Source: Paraspadella gotoi (Eukaryota; Animalia; Chaetognatha). Taken from it: 20,808 nt of DNA. Location: the NCBI GenBank assembly GCA_051294375.1, contig CM119270.1:3444303-3465110 (forward strand). The letters run 5' to 3'. Of the stretch, positions 1 through 9,419 are shown in pieces. Every line of letters begins with the position of its first letter. The first letter of the stretch is position 1. Under the pieces are notes generated by a model, which was not told where the DNA came from, did not search any database, and worked only from the letters and a program-made list of their open reading frames with translations. Both the position numbers and the translations under genes were made by a program.

Positions 1-934
1 GCGTCGTTTCCCGCGTCATTCCCAACACCTGCGCCGCCCGTCGCCGCTTCGCCGATCTCGGCGCCCTTTTCTCTCCCGGCGTCGAATCTCCGATATCCTC
101 CTCGCCCGGCGCTCCGACGACGCCGCTCTCTCCTTCCGTTCTTTAAAATTTCGAAAGACGCGGAATGAAAATCGTTCTCGTCGACCGAAAGAGAAAAATC
201 CCAAGAATTTTTGACGCAAAATTGAAAAATTCCTTCGTCGCTGACGTCGTCGTCGTCGTCGTCGTCGCGTCGGTGGCCGTCGTACCATCGGACGTCGTTG
301 GGGTCATTAAGCGCGACTTTGCGATGAGGAGGGCGACAGAGCGGCGTCGAATCGTCGTCGTCGTTATCGTCGTCGCTTCCGTAGTCGCTGACTTCGTTAA
401 CTTCGTCATCGTCATTCGTTGCGATGATGCCATCGACGGCTTCTTGCGTTTCTTCCTCAGCATCAGCGACCATGGAACGGCAGATGCCGTCGCCCTCCCG
501 ATCCACTTCCTGCCAGAAAGACCAATGGTCTATGTAGAGAATGTCTTCGTCCGAATGACGGAAGGCATCGTTCAAAGGGCGATTATGTCGCCGGTCAGTT
601 GGCAACGAGCAAGGCCCAATCGCTTCACGGTGAGAGAATTCGCGTTGCGAGGTTCTCCATAAGTGGGATTCATGAGGCGAATGGTCATCGAACGACGATT
701 CCGAGTTTTTATTGGATTCGTTTATGACGAGAATGTCATTCGCTCTGGTGGGCGCGGCGTTGGCGTTGGGGAAAGGTACGGTGACCTCGTCGGCGCCGCC
801 ACCGCCGCCGCAAATGGCGTCACTCTTCTCGGAAATTTTTAGGTAGCCGCTAGGAGTCGCCGTTAAATTGAGAAAAGAAATCGAATGAAGATTATTTAGA
901 CGCGAGATGATTTGTTTTTTTGTCTGAACAAATT

Positions 935-973
<39 letters not shown>

Positions 974-1157
974 TCGCACGCACTCCCTCGACGTCGCCGG
1001 CTTCGTTGACCTCTCGACTCTCGGTCATCGACGCCGGTTTCGGCTCTAGCGGCGTCGGGCGGCGCCGTAGACAGAAGCCGGTGGCCACGCCCACTTGACG
1101 TCGATCGAGAGACGGAGTCAATGGCGACGTTTCGTCGACGATGGGGATGGAATTCAT
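1..1157 (-). CDS. Uncharacterised acidic/low-complexity protein, 5' part (at least 385 aa, runs off the window)
   Basis: Manual translation gives an in-frame TGA at 1199-1197, ATG at 1157-1155 and no stop down to base 1: MNSIPIVDETSPLTPSLDRRQVGVATGFCLRRRPTPLEPKPASM...(T)n...DEDILYIDHWSFWQEVDREGDG...DYGSDDDNDDDDSTPLCRPPHRKVALNDPNDVRWYDGHRRDDDDDDDVSDEGIFQFC.... It is absent from the ORF track, probably because it has no stop inside the window. No recognisable domain. Confidence 0.65.
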
Positions 1158-1361
1158 TCGGGTCAGGTTTAAGGGTAAGTTCTCGTGATTAAAGTTTCAA
1201 GCGAAAATAAACTTATTCACCGGAAAGTCGACTTCTCGTCGTGAGTTTCGCGTCTCTCAACTTTGGCGCGCGCGTTCGTTTTCGAGTTCGCGTTCGCGTT
1301 CCGGGGAAATCGCGGCGACCGGGGGAACGAGAGAGGGAGCGCGTTGAAGTCGACGCGTGAG

Positions 1362-1437
1362 GAGAGAGAGAGAGAGAGAAGAGAATACGCGAGAGGAGAG
1401 AGAGATGAGAGATTATTCGAGAGAGAGAGAGAGATGA

Positions 1438-1468
<31 letters not shown>
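1362..1468. repeat. Imperfect (GA)n/(CT)n microsatellite just upstream of the 1-1157 ORF
   Basis: Interrupted GAGAGA runs. Confidence 0.9.
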
Positions 1469-1863
1469 TAAAATATTTTCAGTTTTTTCTCATTTAAATC
1501 TTAAAATCAATTAATTTAAATCTTACTAAGTTTCAAAAATTGATATTTTACGTCGAACTTCTTTGCATGTTGTCGTGTCGTCTTTAAGACTTTATGACGT
1601 TTTAGAACAAACTTAAGTAAGTTTTTTTTTGGTACATTTTTTTTAACGTTCCATTGATACTAGCTTGTGAATTTTATACAAAAGAAAAATTTTAGTCAGT
1701 GAGGAATCTTTAGAAAAGCTTCTATTTTAAACTCGGTTAAAAATAATTTTACGCCGTCACTAAAGAATATTGGTTTTCAAATAAGTCGAAGAAAAAAAAT
1801 TCAAAATTTGATTAAAATTGGTGATTGATTTTGAATAGGTGTTATTAGCCTTCTCTTAAGCAA

Positions 1864-1904
1864 CCACGCCCTCTAACTGACTTCCTGTTCGAGCGTTACG
1901 TAAT
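1864..1904. promoter_or_regulatory. Motif cluster: KLF/Sp-like CCACGCCC, ETS ACTTCCTG, PAR-bZIP/E4BP4 GTTACGTAAT
   Basis: CCACGCCC 1864-1871, ACTTCCTG 1880-1887 and GTTACGTAAT 1895-1904 (matches RTTAYGTAAY), about 700 bp upstream of the ATG at 1157. Motif match only. Confidence 0.4.
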
Positions 1905-2092
1905 GTGATTTACGCGTGTGAAAAGTTTGTCAAAAAATGGAGTTGTCATTTATCGCAGACTCAGCGTCGCCACGCCTCTGTCACAGACGACGCTACGGTC
2001 CCTCGGTTTTGTGCTGACTAACACTCCCTTTCTGACACCCCTAAACACCCCTTACACTCCTAAACTCTACGCTGATAGAAAAATTAAATTAA

Positions 2093-2211
2093 AAAAGACC
2101 GCGAGAGTTGAAATGAAATGAAATGAAATGAAATGAAATGAAATGAAATGAAATGAAATGAAATGAAATGAAATGAAATGAAATGAAAAGACCGCGAGAG
2201 TTGAAATGAAA
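2093..2211. repeat. (TGAAA)16 microsatellite inside a direct duplication of AAAAGACCGCGAGAGTTGAAATGAAA
   Basis: Copy 1 starts at 2093, copy 2 is at 2186-2211; TGAAA x16 at 2109-2188. Confidence 0.9.
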
Positions 2212-2272
2212 AGCGAAATTCGATGTCGTAAATCAAAATCATTTTTCTTTCGCTGTCTCCGTTCGTTTGAAC

Positions 2273-2327
2273 CAGGAAGTGGCGCCGACCGACGCAGGCG
2301 TCTCTCGTCTGGACCGGAAGTGGCGCC
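2273..2327 (+). promoter_or_regulatory. Two tandem ETS/GABP-type sites (C[A/C]GGAAGTGGCGCC)
   Basis: CAGGAAGTGGCGCC 2273-2286 and CCGGAAGTGGCGCC 2314-2327 in a CpG-rich patch; typical of metazoan housekeeping promoters. Confidence 0.45.
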
Positions 2328-2854
2328 TTTTGACGCCGGCGCCATAAGAGGACGTGAAAGTCCGAGAATTAATTTCTTTTTTCTGAGGCGACAACGACGA
2401 CGACGAAGACGACGACACGAAAGTGACGATGACGACGGAAATAACGACGAGGGCAACAAAGTCAATCGGTTGGCCTCTTTTAATCCGTCGACATAAGTTT
2501 CATGATTTCATGGTTTAAATTGTCATTTGATTGTCATATAATTATTTTTTAAATTAAAAAAAAAAGAAAACATATTAAACCTCTTTAGCTACAGAACGAA
2601 ATCGACTGCCCATTTCTCTCGCGCTTCAACTCTGTTATAACCCTCCCTCCCTGTACCCTTCTTCTTTCTCCTTCTTCGCCATCAATCTCACCTTCTGCAA
2701 TAATCCCTCGTTTCCTCCTCTTCCATCTGCAGTAAACCCTTGCTTCCTCTTCCATCTGCTCTCCATTTATTTTCCATCTAGGATTTTTTATCGCACTCGA
2801 TATCGTCGAAAAATTAGGTCGACACCCGATATATTTCAGCGTCGCGGCGAAAAA

Positions 2855-2866
2855 TTGGCGGGAAAA
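2855..2866. promoter_or_regulatory. E2F-type site TTGGCGGGAAAA
   Basis: Close match to TTT(C/G)(C/G)CGC on the minus strand; a weaker CGCGGCGAAAAA lies directly 5'. Confidence 0.35.
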
Positions 2867-3054
2867 TGTCTTCCTCGTCGTCGTTGTTGTTGTTGTTGTT
2901 GTTTTCTCTTCGGAAGGATGCGAAAGGGTAAGTTAGGCGAGGACGAGAAAAAGATGTCAAACGAGGGTCATTAGAGGCGGAATCGGTGCAGCGGAATTGG
3001 GTCAGTGGGACGTCGAAGAGAGGTGAGATGTGAAAATAAAAGAGAAGTTGACGA

Positions 3055-3550
3055 AGAAGAAAAGAGAGGAGAGGTGCGAGAGAGAGAGGAGAGAGAGAGG
3101 GGGAGTAAGGGGGAGAGATGGGAGAGGGGCGGAAGAGAGGGTCAGGAGCACGAGGGAGAGAGGTGAGAAGAAGGGCTAGAGTTAGAGAGGGGAAGGATAG
3201 AGGCGGTAAAGAGTTGAGAGGGGAGGGAGGAGAGAAAGAAAGAGAGAGGGAGGAATAAGAGGGTGTAAAGAGTTGAGAGAGGGAGAGCGAGAAAGAGAGA
3301 GGGAGGAATAATAGTGGGTAAAGAATTGAGAGATGGAGAGAGAGAAAGAGAGAGGAGAAAAGGTAAGTAAGAGAGGGAAAGGGGCTGAAAGAGTTGAGAG
3401 AGGGGAGAGAGAGAAAGAGAGAGGGAGGAATAATAGTGGGTAAAGAGTTGAGAGAGGGAGAGAGAGAGGGAGGAATAAAGAAATAAAGGTGGAGGAGAAT
3501 GAAGGACGAGGATTCGTAGAAAAAGGTGAGGACTGAGGTGAGAAGAAAGG
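3055..3550. repeat. Polypurine tract containing a ~50-bp degenerate minisatellite (AAAGAGTTGAGAGAGGG...GAGGGAGGAATAATAGTGGGT, about 5 copies, 3208-3480)
   Basis: Recurring AAAGAGTTGAGAG and GGGAGGAATAA blocks; almost pure A/G on the + strand. Confidence 0.8.
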
Positions 3551-4863
3551 GTAAGTGAGATCGACGAATTAAGGCTGAACTCGATTTTCTCAACCGACTC
3601 TCATCATCACAGGAAAGAATATTTTGTGAGGATGACGACGACGACGACGACGACGAAGATAAGAAATGGCTAGAAGCACTAGTAATTATTTTTTAAATGT
3701 TTATTTATAGGTAGAAAATGTATTTTTTTATTTTTAAAAGCAGATTCAGATAGCTTATAAAAAGTTGTCTTCACAAAGTATATTCTTTTTTCAATTTTTT
3801 GATGATAAGTGGGTTAAAATTCCGGAAAAACTTTAAAAAATTAACATCATCATCATCATCCGATGATTTAGCCAGTTTTTGCCTAATTTTCAGAAAAATA
3901 AAAACAGATAAAAAATTAATATAAATTAAATATTTAACAACAAATATTTAACAATTATAAATAGATTTGAATATCGTTAAAAAAAGTAATAGATAAGCCT
4001 ATAAGATTTTATTAGTTTGTAGAAGTAAAAAATTATGTTAATGAAAATAAAATTTAATAATAAAATATTTTGGAAAAGAAATATATACAGATTAAATTAA
4101 AAAGTAATAATTATAATAAATAATAAAGGAATAATAAAAAGAAAAACGAAATGAGTAAAGGACAAATATTTATATTATAAATTAAAGATAAAATAGAACA
4201 TTAATAATGTTCAAAAGAAAAATAAAAAAAATAAAAAAATAAGTATTTATGTAATGCATATATATTAATCTATATCTAATATATTATAGTTATTTTAAAT
4301 CTAAAATAAAAAAGTAAAGATAGTGAAACAAGTAATTTTGCAACTTTCAATAAACATTTTAAATAAAGTTTGTAATTAAATTTTTGCTTAACTTTTTTAG
4401 CTTTATCAGAATCAATTAAAAAAAACTTAAAATATCCCAAAAAATTTTTGATATTATATAGCAATATAATAATTTTAATTAACGAATTACTGCAAAAAAT
4501 AACTAATACCAATAAAGGATTCGTTTAATGCTGTTCCCAGTAAAATTTAAATTTGGTTGCCTACCGCTGCTATTGTTGTATCATTTAGACATTTTTTTGT
4601 TTTGCTTTTTCTTGACGAGTCAAAAAACATATGGACGATAAACCATTCTTCCATATAACCCTCTTCCTCCTCCTCTTCCTCCTCCTCCTCCTATTCTTCC
4701 TCCTACTCTTCCTCTTCCTCCTCTTCCTCCACAAGGCCTCCCGCGGATTCGTGTCATCGACCGACTCGACGAAGACATAAAAGGAGGTCATTGGGTTCGA
4801 CACCATGAAAAGGTGTGGGGTTTTGTGAGAGCACGACCGCCCATGAAAATGTCAGCGGGTCAC

Positions 4864-5693
4864 NNNNNNNNNNNNNNNNNNNNNNNNNNNNNNNNNNNNN
4901 NNNNNNNNNNNNNNNNNNNNNNNNNNNNNNNNNNNNNNNNNNNNNNNNNNNNNNNNNNNNNNNNNNNNNNNNNNNNNNNNNNNNNNNNNNNNNNNNNNNN
5001 NNNNNNNNNNNNNNNNNNNNNNNNNNNNNNNNNNNNNNNNNNNNNNNNNNNNNNGGGTTTTTATGTACTTATTTGTGGCGAGAAATAAGGATGAGAGAAA
5101 GAAAGAAAGAACGAAAGAAAGAAAGAAAGAACGAAAAAAAGATAGAAAAAAAGAAAGAAAAAAAGAAAGAAAGAAAGAAGGAAAGGAAGGAAGGAAGTGG
5201 GAACTAATGCATAAGTGGACAAGATTTGCCGAAAAAGTTGAAAAAAAATNNNNNNNNNNNNNNNNNNNNNNNNNNNNNNNNNNNNNNNNNNNNNNNNNNN
5301 NNNNNNNNNNNNNNNNNNNNNNNNNNNNNNNNNNNNNNNNNNNNNNNNNNNNNNNNNNNNNNNNNNNNNNNNNNNNNNNNNNNNNNNNNNNNNNNNNNNN
5401 NNNNNNNNNNNNNNNNNNNNNNNNNNNNNNNNNNNNNNNNNNNNNNNNNNNNNNNNNNNNNNNNNNNGAGAGATGATGAGTGTCACCCTCAGCAAAACAA
5501 GCGCGTAATTGTTTGATGAGGCGGAAACTTTTCCAAGGACGAAAGCGAAGCCGAAGTTTAAGTCTTTGCCACAGAACAGAACGGAACAAAAAANNNNNNN
5601 NNNNNNNNNNNNNNNNNNNNNNNNNNNNNNNNNNNNNNNNNNNNNNNNNNNNNNNNNNNNNNNNNNNNNNNNNNNNNNNNNNNNNNNNNNNNN
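4864..5693. other. Three assembly gaps (4864-5054, 5250-5467, 5594-5693) near (GAAA)n and (CT)n repeats
   Basis: N runs in the sequence. Confidence 0.98.
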
Positions 5694-5694
5694 C

Positions 5695-5810
5695 GTCTCT
5701 CTCCTCTCTCTCTCTCTCAGTCTCTCTCTCTCTCATCTCTCTCTCTCTCTTCGTTCTCTCTCTCGCTCTCTCGTCTCTCCTCTGAGATCCTGCTCTCTCT
5801 CTCTCTCTCT
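5695..5810. repeat. (CT)n microsatellite
   Basis: Direct inspection. Confidence 0.9.
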
Positions 5811-6059
5811 ATCAATCAAGGGTCTTTTCTTTTCTCATGTTAATGATTTTTTTTAAACTCGCAACAGATGCTCGTCGTCGTCGTCCGTCGCGTCGTCGTA
5901 GCGTCGTCGTCGTGCGTTTCGCATGTCGATGAATCAGGAGAGATAATTTCTCGATAAACGAGGGAAGAAAATTCAAGGGTGAGGTTAGGGGTGGAGTATA
6001 GTGAGATTGGAGGTGGAGTTTGTCAGCACGGGACGACATGTTCGTCGATGGACGGGCGC

Positions 6060-6124
6060 GGGGGGACGACGGGGGGCCGACTGGGGGGAGCGATCGGGGG
6101 GGCACCGGGGGGGGGCGAGGGGGG
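6060..6124 (+). other. Six G6-G9 runs with ~12-bp spacing (potential G-quadruplex)
   Basis: G runs at 6060-65, 6071-76, 6083-88, 6096-6102, 6107-15 and 6119-24. Confidence 0.7.
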
Positions 6125-6199
6125 CGTCACCAACCGGCGGAGTGAACATCATTAATTTGCATGAAAAACATGGAGAAGGAGAAAGTGAATTTAAAACAG

Positions 6200-6209
6200 G
6201 GAGAGAGAG

Positions 6210-6299
<90 letters not shown>

Positions 6300-6325
6300 T
6301 AGAGAGAGAGAGAGAGAGAGAGAGA
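6200..6325. repeat. (GA)n microsatellite
   Basis: Direct inspection. Confidence 0.95.
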
Positions 6326-7404
6326 TCGGTATGAGATTTTGCGAAGAAGACCTGAATGATTTCTTTTCTGTCCGATAATTGAACAGAGAGAGGTAAAGAT
6401 GTACTGTGCGTCGAGGTGAATGAGTCGTCTCTTGCGTTCTCATCATATCGTCACTTGTTCTCTCTCTCGCTCTTCTGGGTCATGCAGGATTCTAGTCGTG
6501 TTCTCTGCGCTGATCGATCCTTCTCCTTCTTTCTTTTTTTTAAGCCCAGAGAAGACGTAGACAGGAGCTGGTGCCGAGTAAAGTTTTGCAGCTACTTGTA
6601 TTGCCAGGGGTTTCTAATGAATACGTGTATTACTCTCTTTATGTTTGGTAAGTTAACAGTTTTGTGACTTTTACGCTAATTTACGTAATTTTTGCTGAAG
6701 CTCCTCAATGCATATTGTTTCAGCTATACAACAAACGCTCACGGGTCAAGGGTCTAGGTAGTGCGATAGGTGATTTTTCGTGTGATGTTGTGCATCGGCG
6801 ATCTGTGACATTCCTCAAAATGCGTCTTACACAATATTTTCGTATTTTTTCCCTCATTTCACAAATGCGGACTTTCCGTGTGAGTGGAGAAATTCCGAAC
6901 AGTTTCTTTTCACACGAAAAGAAATTGTGAATTAACTTTCCTGCGAAAAGCTGAATCACGGGAATCTAATCCCTCGTCACTGTTTCCTTTTTTTCACTGC
7001 AGAAATCTTGATGTTTTCCCTTTTTTCTCCTCCTTTTTTTGTTTGCTCTTTTTAACTTTCTATCTCCCTTCTTAAGTTTATTATGTATTATTAATCAAAT
7101 TTTATCTTTCATTTCCTGCATCCTTAAGTAGGTTAATTTTCCTACCCTTTCCTTATCTTACTGCTAACAATTTTTCTATCCCTTTCCTTTCTGCCTCATA
7201 CTTTTTTTAGAACTTTCCCTATTTCTTCTTAATTTCTATAACTTTTTTCCTTTTCCTTCTATTAATCTTTTCTTCCTCAACTTCTCAACAATTTTCTCTC
7301 TCAGTTTACACTTTCTCTTCTTCCTTTCTATTTCATCTCCTCTCTATCGTTCCTGCTCTTTCTCTTCCTGTTACTGTTCTTTTCTGCTCTCTCTTCTCAG
7401 TCAT

Positions 7405-7515
7405 CCCTCCTCTTTCTCTTTCTTCTCTCTTCTCTCTCTCTCGTCTCTCTCCTCTCTCTCTCTCCCCTCTCTCTCTCTCCATCCCATCTCACTCTCCTCT
7501 CTCCCTCCCTCCTCC
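7405..7515. repeat. (CT)n-rich polypyrimidine tract
   Basis: Direct inspection. Confidence 0.85.
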
Positions 7516-7749
7516 TGCCACTTTCTTCCTTGCCACTTCATTACCCCCCCATGGACCGTTCGAAAGGCATTGGAGTCTTCCTCTGGGCGTGTTTCTGGGC
7601 ATTTCAACGGATTGGGCTGTAGCAATTCCGCATTCAAGGGCCAGCTGCAGGGAAAGAAAAAAAAAAGAGGGGAGCGATTTTTCCTAAGAAAGCGTTGGAT
7701 TCTGAGACTACGCCGTTCGCCTGTCTTTAAACACACTCGCATTTATAGT

Positions 7750-7772
7750 GGAGAGAGAGAGAGAGAGGGGAG

Positions 7773-7825
<53 letters not shown>

Positions 7826-7843
7826 GGGAGTGAGAGAGAGAGG
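7750..7843. repeat. (GA)n microsatellite
   Basis: Direct inspection. Confidence 0.95.
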
Positions 7844-8504
7844 GAAACCCGACCTACCCACACCCAACCTCACCTTTCAACTTTCCATCTCACAAGAAAT
7901 TTTTCAACTCGACTGAAAAAGTCTCATCAGTGAGAAAAAAAAAACGGATTTGGTGAAATTCAAGAAAAGCTCAGCCCGCGTCCAAGTCGGGCTAACAGTC
8001 GGCCCTCCTATGAGCCACGGTCGGCCTTTGGAATCCTTTATACAAGTCATTAGCGGCCGTAGCACCAAGGTTGCTCACTTCATACCTGGCCTGTTTTGGT
8101 CTGTTCGCCACACCGGCTTGAAGAAGACGAAGAGGCGCTCGAACAATTCCTCAAAGTAACATGTTAAATCTAAGCTTCCCAACTGTCAAGAGTGTAATTA
8201 ATAGTAAAATCAGTGTAATATGACACACAACTTAATATTGAAAGCTTGGCAGGGTCCTCGCTTATGAGTATAATGCTGTAAGTAAGGGATGGAGACCTTA
8301 TACAACCGTTGCCCGTCCAAAGTCACGCGTCAAGACTAGGCTCTCGTTCAATGAAATGAAATGAATTAATAGATAATTTTCTTAAGTTCCTAACGCAACT
8401 CCCATAAAACTGTTCTCTTCGGAAAACAAATTGCGTACGTCACCCTTAACCCCGCCTTTATTTGACGCGAAACCACTCCCACTTTAGCGGCCGTCGACCC
8501 CAAG

Positions 8505-8591
8505 CCGCCTCAACAAACGGGCGCCACTTTTCCGCCCTGCAACAACAGGCGCCACCCACCGCCTACAACAACAGGCGCCACCCACACGCCT
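8505..8591. repeat. ~27-bp tandem repeat x3 (CCGCCT-CAACAACAGGCGCCACCCA)
   Basis: Units at 8505-8531, 8532-8558 and 8559-8585, plus a partial unit. Confidence 0.85.
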
Positions 8592-8707
8592 TACTCCGTT
8601 CCTGGATTCCAACCTTCACTCCAAAGCGACACGCCCTCTTTCTATTTTCCGTAACAAGTTTTAATCTCCGCTTTCACCGAAGGTTTTAATTATATGGAGA
8701 CAACCGA

Positions 8708-8739
8708 TCTCTCTCTCTCTCTCTCTCGGATCTTCTCTG

Positions 8740-8787
<48 letters not shown>
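8708..8787. repeat. (CT)n microsatellite
   Basis: Direct inspection. Confidence 0.95.
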
Positions 8788-9419
8788 CTGAAAATTCCAC
8801 TGCCGCGCGGTTTTTATTTTGAAGCCTGCTTCGGAATTTTAATCTTGGAAACTGTTACGCAAATAAACTATCTCTAAATATTCGAGGAAATCCAGCTTCT
8901 CAACTTTTCCCCGTTGCTCTTTTGCTCTTATTACTGACAATCGAAAATGCTCCATTCTAGCGATCCGACACGACAATCCTTTAGGCGTCTTTCTTTTGTT
9001 TAGACCTAGTACAGACCGAAGGCAGTGGTACAGCTGATTCTGATTGGTGCCCGTGATTTCGATGGATTTAGATTAAGATTCTTATCGAAATCGGCCACGT
9101 GCATCTTCAGATCTCAAAAAATTGTCACTGGGTTTAGTTTCTTTTCAGAGCATTTAGAAACTCTTCTTATTAGATATCTCGGAATCTTTATTTTTTGTGT
9201 GATCGCTGGTTGGGTGACTTTCTATGAAGAAGAAGCAATCTCTTTTGTATATTATTGGCTTCAGAAACAAGTAAGAAAGACACCTCTTAAAATTTATATA
9301 TATTTGCTTGAGTTTGTGATAATGTTTTGGTTATTCTTTTGCCCAGGACTTCTAACAGCAGCAATCAGACTTACAGTCTACATTCGTCAAGTCTGGGCTT
9401 CGTAGATCGCGTCCTTTCG

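Noticed and set aside
165-662. + strand 165-aa ORF, and minus ORFs 16..288 and 143..463
   Set aside because: Antisense shadow or alternative frames of the longer 1-1157 minus ORF; poly-V/R/T runs come from the GTC/GAC repeats.
2814-3593. 259-aa hydrophobic L/S/P/F-rich ORF
   Set aside because: Translation of a polypyrimidine strand, which is naturally poor in stop codons; no ATG start and no domain.
2866-4812. Possible + strand mini-gene (MSSSSSLLLLLLFSLRKDAK|gtaagt plus an exon after the pyrimidine tract at about 4736)
   Set aside because: The phase-compatible join ends after about 25 codons, the Leu run is a TTG repeat, nothing is recognisable, and the adjacent gap prevents testing.
4813-5856. 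ORFs spanning N runs
   Set aside because: Artefacts of assembly gaps and GAAA/CT repeats.
9025-9405. 126-aa hydrophobic ORF
   Set aside because: GTG start, T-rich composition, no motif or convincing splice signals.
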